The position numbers were made by a program, and so were the translations under genes. Under the pieces are notes generated by a model. That model did not search any database, had not been told where the DNA came from, and was given only the letters and a program-made list of their open reading frames with translations. This document shows positions 23,295 to 34,372 of a DNA stretch of 57,834 nucleotides, piece after piece. Positions within the stretch are counted from its first letter, which is position 1. Every line of letters starts with the position of its first letter. Source of the DNA: Vitrella brassicaformis CCMP3155 (lineage: Eukaryota; Protista; Chromerida); contig CDMY01000523.1 in assembly GCA_001179505.1 (NCBI GenBank), forward strand, positions 1-57,834. Direction: 5' to 3'.

Positions 23295-25817
23295 ATGCCT
23301 CCCCGCATCATCAAGAAGGAGCCGCAGCTATGTGCTGACATCAGTTCGCTGTCCGAGTGCCTGCCAGTGCCGTCCCTGTCAGCACCGCAGATCCGGCTGC
23401 GGCCTTGTCGGCCTCGAAAGCGCCTCGTCGATTGCATTGCCGAGTGGAGGGAGCGGCAGAAGGCTCTCGCATTTGGTGTGTGTGACCCGATGGAGACACT
23501 CTGGACGCTGGTCTTTCGGACACCGCTGCTGACCAAGAATAGGTGGGTGGGCGTTGCGTACGGTGGGGCTGCAAACGGTTCAGAATGATGTGGGAGAGGG
23601 AGATCTATGCGGGGAATGACATTTCTGTGTGTGTGTATGGCACTGTGTGTCTTGTTTGTGTCTGGGTGTACCATGGTGTGTCATTCATTCATGTGTCTGT
23701 CAGGCGGCCCGAGTTGATAGATCGGGAGTTGTCTGCCGAGTCGATGTCTCGCATGCCGCTCAAAAACACCACCAACTCCGTGCTCGTCTTCTCATCAGAG
23801 GTAAGCAGCCCCACCTCCAGCCATCCATCCATCCACCGACAAATGTGTGCTGTGTGTCATCCATCCATCCATCCATCCATCCATCGTCAGTCGAGTCTAC
23901 CCAAGGAGGCCCCCCGCCGCAAGCGTCGCATCATCCCCAAGAAGGTGGCGGCCGCGGCCACCCTCCACCCCTCCAGCTCACCCGCCAGCCCGCCTTCGTG
24001 CATGTCCAGCCCGCGCAACGCCATTGGCAATGGCAACGGGAACGGCAGCAGCAGCAGCCGTGGGGTTCTGCTCAACGGGCGGAGCGAGAGCGACGTGGAG
24101 TTCAGCGGCAGCATGACGTCGTCGGGGGTGCTGGTGCTCTATCGCATGCACCACTCGTACACCGTCACGCCAGGTATGTGCGTGCTTACTGCAGCAGACG
24201 GCAGACGGCATATATTATGTGTGTGTGTGTTGGTATGCATCGGTCGGCCGATCGGTTGGTCATGGTCAGGGATGTACATGCGGAGTTGTTTCCTGCGTCC
24301 CAAGTTCGATCCCGTGGAGCGGCGCCACTTCGCCATGGTCCTCTACCCTCTCAAGGCTGTCAAGAGGTACGTACACACAGCATGCAGACACACACATGGA
24401 CAGGCAGACAGACAGACAGACAGATAGACAGACATACACACACGCAGATAAGTGGATCGGTGGATGAGTTGATGGATGGATGGATGGTCTTGTGCTGTGT
24501 TGTATTGTGTTGTGTGCGGCGTGTGTGTAGGTGTCTGCAGATGTGCGCCTCTGAGGATCAGGAGCAGACGTGTATCATCAGATGCCTGGTAGGGCTGCCA
24601 CGCCAGCACACAGAGAGGAGAAACCGTGAGGTCCTCATCTCTTATTCCCTATCAGGTTGATGCGACGGCTTCCGTCAAGTTCGTGGCGCAGCAGTGGGGA
24701 TGCCAATGCCCGGTAAGGCCTCTTCTCGACACACATCATCATATGCACACATGGATTATATTACACGCCCTCCTCTGTCTGTCTGTCTGTCTGTCTGCAG
24801 GCTTACAGCATAGCCGACATCCAGTTCACCCACCTCCTCACCCTCACTCCCCTCCCCCACCCTGACAAGATCTTCCCCGCTCTCACAGCCGCCACCACCA
24901 CCACCGCCACCAGCAAGGCATCGTCAGCAGCAGCAGCAGCATCCCATCCGCAGACGACGGACACAGGCACCACCACCACACCAGCCACCGACAGTAGTGC
25001 AGAGGGCCAACAGCCAGCAGCATCAGACACGGCAGACGGCGATAGTGACCCCGCCGTGTGCAAGATTGTGTCCCGTTCGACCTACGAGAGCATCCCGCCC
25101 GTGGCTGAGGAGTGCTCGCCCACACAGCCGCATTGCGGCCCAGACAGAGATCGAGACAGGACGCCATCCGATGAGCGGCGGCCGGCTGTCTCGACGTCGG
25201 CAGAGCTCAAGAGCCCCTCAACGTTGCCCGCAGAGGTTACCGGCCCCCTGCTGCAGGAGATTGCGTCATGGCGGGTCGATGCTGCTGCTCGTGACCATTC
25301 TGCGGGGGGTGGTGGTGGTGGTGGGTGCCGGGCGGGTGGTGGTGGTGGTCTTTGTGTGAGGGTGTCCGGACTCATAGACCAAGACGACTGCCCGCCCCCG
25401 CCCAGCTGCCCGTCGGTGACAGTGTCGCCCGATGCGGCCACCCCCTGCCCCACAGCCAAGACCATCTCCCCCCTGCGGGACATCTCCAACGAGGAGACAA
25501 CGGCCGCCACTAATGGCTATGCATATACATACGACGAGAAGCCCCGCAGCGACTCGACCCTCAGCAACAGCACCACACGCGTGCCTAGCGGGGTCATCAG
25601 CGCCAGCGCCGGCCATGTCATGGAGGGCGCCAGGTGCCACTCTGACCCATCCGCCGAGGCTTTGTCCCTCTCCCTCCCCCAGTCGACTGTGTGCAAGAGC
25701 GACACTCTGGTGACACGGAAGACGGTCTACAGCAGCAGATACGCGGCGAGTGGTGGCGTCATGAGCAAGCTGACGGCGAGCAGCGGCCGGCGGGAGATCC
25801 GCAGTGGGGTCATCTAG
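23295..25817 (+). CDS. Hypothetical protein, 7 exons, low-complexity S/T/A/P-rich C-terminus
   Basis: Exons 23295-23542, 23704-23800, 23891-24173, 24270-24366, 24531-24588, 24656-24712, 24801-25817 are phase-compatible. The middle region looks globular (GMYMRSCFLRPKFDPVERRHFAMVLYPLK...). Family not recognised. Confidence 0.7.
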
Positions 25818-27760
25818 ATAGACCAGGACTGGGGGGAGTGGGTGCTTGTTGTGTTGCTATGTGCATTTTTCAATCGGCGCGGATCGATGGAGATCCTGTG
25901 AGTGCGTGCATGATTTTGATGCCTGGATGGATGGATGGATGCGTGTATGTGGCTCTAATGCTTTTGCCCGCTGCCTTGCCCTCCTCACTCCTCACTCACT
26001 CACTCACTCACTGCCCATATCAATGTATGTGTCGCGTTGTGGCGACACAAGTGCAAGTGCAAGTGCAAGTGCGAGGGTGAGGGAAGTGTATTGCAGCCAA
26101 GGCGGCCCTCTGCGTGCAGCAGTGCATGTGTATGTGTATGTGGCTGAATGTGTGCGCATGGCGAATGGGGACCGAAGGGGAGAGAGAGGGAGGGGTGCTC
26201 GATCCATCGATCGATCGTTAGATCGACACGCGTGGTACGCACTCGGACATTGATTGGTTTGTGGTCAGTCGTCGTTCGTCGTGGGTAACATGTTGGTCGT
26301 CTCGTGTGACATCACACACACGCCTGCCTGTCTGTCTGTCTTTCTGCCTGCAAGTATTTCTGTGTGTCTGTCAGTGTCGTGCTGTGGCATCCACTTCCGG
26401 GGCTTTTTCACCGGGGATGGCCACACACGAAACGTAGAGAGGCAGGCAGGCAGGCAGACAGGGAGGGAGGGAGGGGAGGAGATCCATGTCCATATACACA
26501 CACACACACCATTGTCGGTCGCTCGGTCGTCGGAACACACACTGTCTGGCTGTCTGTCTGGCTGTCTGTGGCTGTGCTCTTGTGTCTACAATGACTACAA
26601 TGAGGCAATTCTTGCGGTGGATTCACTGACTCATCTCATCTCATCTCTGCCTACATACGCTACTCACTACTGCAAGACTGGCCTCCTTCGTCCCTTCATT
26701 CTTCAGCCATCTCTCATGGCTGTCTGCCTGCCTGTCTGTCTGTGTGTGTGTGTGTGTGTGTGTCCACGGGTGGATGGATGGATGGAACGCCTCCCCAGAT
26801 TTCACTGGGAGCAGAGCGCTTCCATTCCGTCCATGGCTTAGGTCGTTCACTAAGTACCTTACAGAGACAGATAAGTGAAGAGCGGTGCCAACGCAACCGC
26901 CCATCTACCTGTATCGTGGTCGTACGCTGTAGACACGTCCGTCCGGTGAGTGTGGTGGGGTTTGGTGGGGTCCTCTGTGTGTGTGTGTGTGTGCCGCCAG
27001 CAGCACCTTTTTGCGCTGCTGCGATGGCACAGCACACCGACACACCCCGGGAGGCCGGCCGGCCTTGGTCTTTCCTGTCAGTCAATGTGTGCATTGATGA
27101 GTCGTCCAGCGGATGGACGAATGGCTGCACGCTAGTGGAGGTGCCTGCTGCCAATACATGAACAACGCCAGCTTTTGACAGACACATGGATGGATGGATG
27201 GTATGATTGATGCATTGCATGTCATGTCATGTCAGCCACTTCATGTCGATGTGTGACGCATGCTTACTTGCTGAATGAAATGGCTCACTCATCAACTCGT
27301 CCACTCCCTCGCCGCTCACCTCCTCCCATTCAATGATTCACTGATGTGTGTATGTGTGTGTTGTGGGGGCAGGCCAACGGAAGCGTCACTCCTCCCTCAC
27401 TCCCTCACTCCCTCATTCCGACTTTCTCTCTTTTTGGCCGGTCGGTCGGCATTAATTGTGTCGTGTCCATGCATGTGCATGAGAAGCGGTTTCTCCGTTC
27501 TTTCCGACTCGACTCTCACTTGTTGTCTCTCTCGCTGTGAATCCACCCACCTCACACTGAGTGACGACACTGCTGGAAACAGCCGCCCGCCCACTGAGTG
27601 GTTTAACATTTGACGTCACAGCACACCTTGGGTCAATCAACACAGAGACAGACGGAAAAATGGCCGGCCCGTCCATCCGCTCGATTCATCAATACAGCCC
27701 TTCCCCGCACGCACATATGCACCGACCCACGCGACAATCAGACGCCCCTCCCTCAGTACG

Positions 27761-28696
27761 TCACCCGCGCCCCTTGGACGAGACAAACAGCGACTTGTAC
27801 ACGTCAGATTTGCCCTCCAGGTGACTCCTCATACCCTCACCACCCTCACCCACCCTGGCCTTCTTGGCTGCCGACGGCACCACCTCGCCGTTCGCTGCTG
27901 CTGGTGGTGGTGCTGGCGGCGCGCTGTTGGCCGGCTCGGCGGGTCTTTTCTTGCTTTCGACCGCCGCTGAACCGTTGGGTGCTGGTGTATCGTTGCTGGC
28001 TGCCGCTGCCGCTGCCTTGGCTTTCTTGGTCTTGGGGTTCTTGGCTCTGATGGCGTCAATCTTTTGCCTGTTGGCCTTGAGCTCGTCCTCGGTGGGCACC
28101 AGACACACCAGGTCCTCGTCGGTGTAGACGGCACCGCAGCTGAGGCACTTCTTGCTGTCGGTGGTGGTGCCGTCCTCCTGCTGCTTGCTCTCGCCCTCCT
28201 TTGTGTTGCTGCTGCTGTGGTTGTGGTTCTTGCTCTCGTTGCCGAACTGCTTGAGAGCCTTGTCCGACAGCACGCACCCGCACTTCCACACGAGCACCCC
28301 CTTGGCGTTGCCGTCCATGTCCACCCTCGTAATGGGACACACCAGCCGACCCGTCGAGCTGTTCCACTCCCCGCCCACCTCACGGAAGTCGCGAGACCCA
28401 CGGATGTGCTCCGCGTTGGGCGGCAGGGTCTTGTCCAGCAGACGCCTCAGCAGCGCCTCCTTGTTGTAGAGCTGACCGAGCCGGCAGGCCACGACAGGCG
28501 GGGAGAGCTTCTCCTGGCTGACAGCGCATGTGCCCCACCGAAGTCGCCGCTCGGTGGTGGTGTCGTACTTCTCGTCGCCGGCTCGGACCTGTGTGTTGGG
28601 CGTGTAGCCCATGCCGCCGAGATTGCGGGCGAACTTGTAGCCGGCTGTGCGGATCATGTCCGCGCGGCCGGGGATGGAGCCGCCGTCGCCTCCCAT
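27761..28696 (-). CDS. RTF2: Replication termination factor 2 (Rtf2 RING-like family), 311 aa, single coding exon
   Basis: MGGDGGSIP start, W.TCAVSQEKL..PVVACRLGQLYNKEALL, CPIT, CGCVLS.KALK, KCLSCG and a C-terminal SDVYKSLF are hallmark Rtf2 motifs. Confidence 0.93.
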   Translation of the reverse strand: MGGDGGSIPGRADMIRTAGYKFARNLGGMGYTPNTQVRAGDEKYDTTTERRLRWGTCAVSQEKLSPPVVACRLGQLYNKEALLRRLLDKTLPPNAEHIRGSRDFREVGGEWNSSTGRLVCPITRVDMDGNAKGVLVWKCGCVLSDKALKQFGNESKNHNHSSSNTKEGESKQQEDGTTTDSKKCLSCGAVYTDEDLVCLVPTEDELKANRQKIDAIRAKNPKTKKAKAAAAAASNDTPAPNGSAAVESKKRPAEPANSAPPAPPPAAANGEVVPSAAKKARVGEGGEGMRSHLEGKSDVYKSLFVSSKGRG

Positions 28697-28840
28697 CCTT
28701 GGCTACGCTGTCCTGACGGATGTAGCTATCACTGGGGTGTTCTCCTGCAAGCGAAACACACGCACAGAAGAGAGAATGTCGGTGTCTTGTGTCTTGTGTC
28801 TTGTGTCCTTTGACGCTTGCCAATCTATGCTTGTGGCTAC

Positions 28841-28962
28841 CTTGAGAATTGTCTCGAGGGCTGCGATGACGTAGCAAAGCCTCAAACGCTGAATTCAGGT
28901 CGCTTCTGCGAGCCTGACCCTGAAGTTCCCTTTCACGCAGATTCGGCGCTGCAAACAACCAG
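28841..28962. promoter_or_regulatory. Putative bidirectional promoter core between RTF2 and SulP, flanked by two 5'UTR introns
   Basis: Minus-strand GT-AG intron at 28840-28745 upstream of the RTF2 ATG. Plus-strand GTAAG...TTCAG intron at 28963-29029 upstream of the SulP ATG. Confidence 0.55.
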
Positions 28963-29078
28963 GTAAGAAGAGCCTCAGAAAGGGTTCGCACGTGTGATCG
29001 TGGCGTCATCTGCGTGCTTTTCCGTTCAGAAAAGCGCCAGTCTGTCGTCAAAGCAGCAACCGACAGCACTTCAGTAAT

Positions 29079-32000
29079 ATGAGCGGGCAGCCAGATCCCA
29101 GCGAGCGGCTCCATCTCAGCGACCCACCCGACGTGGATCAAGATGATGAGAAGCGCCCGACAGGCAAGACGAAGACGACCGAGAGCGACGTGCCGCAGCC
29201 GCTGCCCGGCTACAAGTCGGTGCTGCGGCTGGGCGGCGCCAAGGGCAAGGGGGACTCCCTGCTGCACGTCGTCAAGGGCGTCACCTGGGGATGGGCTCTC
29301 GGCGGGTGGCAAGACTGGACCTACTGGAAGACGGAGATACTCTCAGGTCAGGCAGCCACCTCCATCCGGGTTCAGTGTATGTCTGTGGTTTACCCACTCG
29401 CTGTGTGTTTTCCGTGTCGTGTGTTGTGTGTTGTGTGTGTATCATTCGTTCGTCAGGTCTGATCATATGTTTCGCGCAGATCCCGGAGTCAGTGGCTTTC
29501 GCCTTCATGGCCAACGTGGACCCGTCAGTCGGCCTCCACGCCGCGTGGATCGTCGGCCTCTTCGCCACGGTCTTCGGGGGGAGGCCTGGCATGATCAACG
29601 GAGCCACTGGGTAACCCACACACATCAAAAATCCGGTCTGCAAACGTGCTGTGGGTCCCATATCAGGGCGATAGCAGCGGTGGCGGGCACGTTTGTGTCG
29701 CGTTCGTGCAAGGATGGTACGGGCGGAGGGGACTGTGAGTACGTGTACGACGGTGTGGAGAAGCTCTTCGTGTCGGTCATCGTGGCGTCGGTCCTCATGT
29801 TCGTCTTTGCCTTCTTCCGACTCAGCAGTCTTATCCAGCTGGTGCCCACACCAGTGATGATCGGTGAGCCGGGCCGGGCGGCCGGGGCAAATTCAGACAG
29901 ACTGGCAGAGGGGGAGAGAAAAGTGCAGACACACATGGGCTATTCTCTCTCTCTGTCTGTATTGTGATCTGTGTGGGTGGTGTGCGTGTGTGCAGGTTTT
30001 GTGAACGGTCTGGCGATAGTGATCGGCATAGCGCAGCTGCACCCGTTCCAGGACGAACACACACACGAGTGGGTCACCGGCTGGGAAGCCGTCTGGATGG
30101 CGCTCCTCTGCATCCTCGCCATGGCACTCGTACGCAATCGCCCAGGGCTGACCAACAAAGATGTTTTGTGTGTGTATGCGCGTGTGTCTGTGTGTATGCG
30201 TGTCTTTGTGTGTAGATGGAGTATTTCCCCAAAGTGCCAGTGGTGGGCAAGCTGGTGCCGTCATCGCTGGTGGCGGTGGTGGCGTCTGTCTTCTTCGAGC
30301 TTGTCATCGTGCGCCAGGCCTTCGGCGGCCGAACCAAGACCATTGGCGACGTGGCGCCCTTCTCTCAAGAGACGGTTGGTCTGCCAGCCACGGGGGGGAG
30401 GGAGGGAGAATGGATGGATGTCTCTCTGGGTTCTCTCTTGGTTGGTGTGGTGTGTGGTTGTTTAGGCGTTTCCAATGCCGTTTTTCCTGAACAGTGATTA
30501 CGACCTGGACAAGATCCGAGAGAGGGACAGCGAAGGCAATGTCGATATGACCGCTACCGTCACGGGCATCATTGTGCAGGGTGGGGTCGGCTGAAACAGG
30601 CGCAGGCACCGAGCAGTCCTGTAAGAGTGTGTGTGTGTGTGTGTGCGTGTGTGTGTTGTGTAGGCATAACCTTGTTCGCGGTTGCCACGATGGAGAGCCT
30701 GATGACGACTGAGGTGGTGACCGACCTACTCAAGACGCCGGGAGATGGGGACCAACAGGCATGTACACACACAGGGACAGACAGACAGACAGACAGGCAG
30801 ACAGAGAGAGAGAGAACAGGGATACAGTCACAATGAGCACATGACACATGACAGATGGATGGATGGATGGATGAGTGGATGCATTCACGTGTTGGTGTGT
30901 GGTGTGTGGTGTGTATCCGCAGGTGTTTGGTATGGGATTGGGCAACGCGTTGGCGGGTCTGTTGGGCGGGATGGGCGGCAACGCCATGATCGGCCTCTCA
31001 GTCATGAACTGCAGAAACGGGTCCATGGGCAAGGAATCAGGTAGGTGTCCATCCATCCATCCAGCCATGTAAGTATGCATCCACCGCATCTGGGTGTGTG
31101 TGTGTGTGGGTCGTGTGTAGGTGTGGTGACGGCCCTGGGCATCTTCGTGATGCTTGTGGGAGGCTATCCCGCGCTCAACTACATCCCCATCGCCTCTCTC
31201 TCGGGAATCATGTTTGTCGTCGTGCTGCACACATTCAAATGGTACGCAGCTCTCCCATCCACACACCCACACCCACACCCACACACATATGGCCACTGAG
31301 TGCATTGCTGATGGGTGAATCTGTCCAGGTATTCCCTGCCGATGATAGTGGCGACGTTTGTGCCTGGTTCGCTTCGGAAGAGGTCCAAGTACCTCAAGCG
31401 GAAGATCAAGCGATGGGACGCTATCATCATAATCGTTGTCACAATCGTCACGGTANNNNNNNNNNNNNNNNNNNNNNNNNNNNNNNNNNNNNNNNNNNNN
31501 NNNNNNNNNNNNNNNNNNNNNNNNNNNNNNNNNNNNNNNNNNNNNNNNNNNNNNNNNNNNNNNNNNNNNNNNNNNNNNNNNNNNNNNNNNNNNNNNNNNN
31601 NNNNNNNNNNNNNNNNNNNNNNNNNNNNNNNNNNNNNNNNNNNNNNNNNNNNNNNNNNNNNNNNNNNNNNNNNNNNNNNNNNNNNNNNNNNNNNNNNNNN
31701 NNNNNNNNNNNNNNNNNNNNNNNNNNNNNNNNNNNNNNNNNNNNNNNNNNNNNNNCCCAATTCACCCCAGAGACATAGATCGTGTCAATGGTGTGTTCCA
31801 CTCGTGTGTGTTGTGTCATTCATTGTGTCGTGTCAGGTGGTAACGAATCTGGCCATAGCGGTGGGCATCGGCCTGTGCATCGCAGCGTTGGTGTACGCGT
31901 GGGACTCGGCCAATCGCATGACCGTCGAGTGCGGCACAGTCGATAACACAAAGGTACCCGTCTCAGGCCAACATGAGCACACCAGCCGACACAGAGACAC

Positions 32001-33123
32001 CGGGGGGTGTCTCTCTCTGTCTCTGTGTGTGTGTGTATCAGTACTACGAGGTGAAGGGCAACATTTTCTTCGCCAGTAGGATGAGATTCGAGAGGCTCTT
32101 TGACTTCGACAACGACCCTGAAGTAAGCGGAACATCCTTCGGAGAGAGACACGAATGCAATGCTTCTGTGTTTCCGCGTGTTGTCTGGTGCAGAGAGTGG
32201 TCATCGTGCTGCGCAACAGCTCCCTGGCCGACTACTCGGCCCTCGAGGCCATCAACGCCGTCAAAAAGGAATACCAGGAGAGAGGAAAAGAGGCACGAGT
32301 CAAGGTAACTGCTCACCATCACACGACACACCCACCCACAACGCATTCCGTTCGTGGGATGGATGGATGGATGGATGGGCGCAGGGTCTGACGGACGAGT
32401 GTGTGCGCATGGTGACCAAGGCGGGCCACCTGCTCAAACACGTGGACCTCTCTCTCATGGAGGTCGACATCCCGCGCGTCCACCGATTCGCTGACTACAC
32501 CGCATACGCCCCGGGCATCGTGGTACACACACATGCACACATCTATAAGACGCACACGCGCATCCTGATGATCTCTCTGTGTGGTGTGTGGTATCTCAGA
32601 TTGCCCGCCAGAGTTCGACAATGAGCGACGCGTCATCGCCCCGCCGTCGCAGCCACGACTTCGGCGCCGGGCTCATTCAGAGGGCCAACAAGAACGTCAC
32701 CTCCAAGAACACTGTCAGCATGTAAGTGTGCACACAACACGAGACAACACACACAATGGCGCACCCATATGTGTGTGTGCATCTGTGTGCAGCAACCTGC
32801 ATACGTCCGAGGCGCCCATGAGCGCCTCGCCCGTGTCCATCCCGGCCGAGACCGCCCTCGAGATGATCGAGGCCGCCCGGACGGCCGTCGGCACACGAGA
32901 CGTCCAAATCAACATCAGACCAGCAGCACCACCGGCACCAGGAGCCGGCAGTGGGAGCGAGTCCTCCCCCCGCCACAACGCTGCGGCGGGGATGTCGCCT
33001 TCCACTGACACGGGTGACGTGACAAGCGACAATGACACACCCGAAAACAGTGGGGGAGCGGGTGGCAACCAAGTGGAGGTGGGCACTGTGCCCGGCAGAT
33101 CACGCATCTCGTCCGTGCCGTGA
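29079..33123 (+). CDS. SulP/SLC26 anion (sulfate/bicarbonate) transporter with C-terminal STAS domain, about 17 exons
   Basis: [35 protein letters not shown]...[46 protein letters not shown] and STAS-like [11 protein letters not shown]...DYSALEAIN. One assembly gap falls inside an intron. Confidence 0.92.
31456..31755. other. Assembly gap (300 N) inside a SulP intron
   Basis: Run of N directly after a GTA donor; the coding frame resumes at the next acceptor. Confidence 1.
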
Positions 33124-34372
33124 ATCAGCCAGCCAGCCAGCCAACGCCCCAGCCAGCGACCGAGGGAGGGAGAGGGAGAGGAAAAGGAAAGAACCTCAGT
33201 CGATCGGGTTGTTTTTGTGTATCGCTGTCGGTCGGTGGATGGATGAGTGGATGGGCGGAGGGAGGTAAAACTTCCCCGTTTTGCTGTGGTGTCTGCCTGT
33301 CTGTCTGTCTGAGGATGGCTGGAGTCGTGTCCGTTTTGTCGGCGTTTGATGCGGCAGGTGACATTCATTTTGCGTTCATATTATCCACATGCATGGGTGA
33401 TGGATGGGTCATGGTGGGTAAATCGTGAACGAGTTCTCGACAATGACACACACTGAGGGAGAGGAGGGGCGGATCATTTCTGCAGGCTTTGTTGTCTACA
33501 CGTATGTGATGTGAATCGCTTCTTTACTTTCTCGTGTGGCGGTTGTTGGGGGCTGATCGCATGTGTTTCGTTTGTCAGCCAAAGTGCCACCACCCACACA
33601 CACAGGGGTTGGGCGGAGGGATTTTTCACATCGCTGGTGTCTGTCTGTCTGTCTGTCACTCCACACATGCACACTATAGGGGCTCCATGTATCCACGGTC
33701 GACGTGGCACGCAGTCCGCTGATGTGTCGATGCATCGGCCACCCGCATGTGTGTTGTCCGTCCGTTGTGGTGATTTGGTTTTCTTTTCATGACGGATCGA
33801 TGGATGGACGGACGGACTGGTGGCTTGGATGCACATTCCATGGGAAGGAATGTTCTATCTGTCTGTTTGTGAAAATTTCTAGATGCGAACCATCGTGGGT
33901 ATGGGTCATCGTCATGAATCATGAACAACAGATGGCGTGATGCACTGCTCTTCCACACACTGGCCGCTCGTGTGCTATCGCTCGACTGCGCATATCAGAC
34001 ACAGCGTACGAGCAGGGTCAGCAGCAGGGCAATATCCCAACCAAACCAACGTATCCGACTGGCGAGAATTTAAATTGGGTTGAGACGGGACGGCGAGACT
34101 GCCGTCCTTTTTTTTTCTTTCCTTCGGCAAAATACAAAAGAGGACCTCAAAAACGACGACAACGACTTGCAGAGGCATCTGTGCCGCCCTCCTGCCCACA
34201 TTATAATTATCTCTCCCTCCTGCCCACCGGCTGTGGCTAGACCTGACCAACACGCCCGGCATCGACCGACTCGGAGCCCTTCAGGTGAGCTGAGCACAAA
34301 CAGACTGAGGCGGGTGAGATGTCCTTCATTTCTGGCGCGTTGGGTGGGGTGGATGGTTCAGGGCGAGAGAAG

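Noticed and set aside
23905-23945. RRKRRIIP resembles the ASF1-binding B-domain of HIRA/CAF-1 p60
   Set aside because: Too short, equally explained as a basic NLS, and no WD40 or other supporting domain is present.
31098-32079. Long ORFs spanning runs of X (also around 36.6-37.6, 38.5-39.4 and 41.8-42.5 kb)
   Set aside because: Artefacts of translating through the 300-N assembly gaps.
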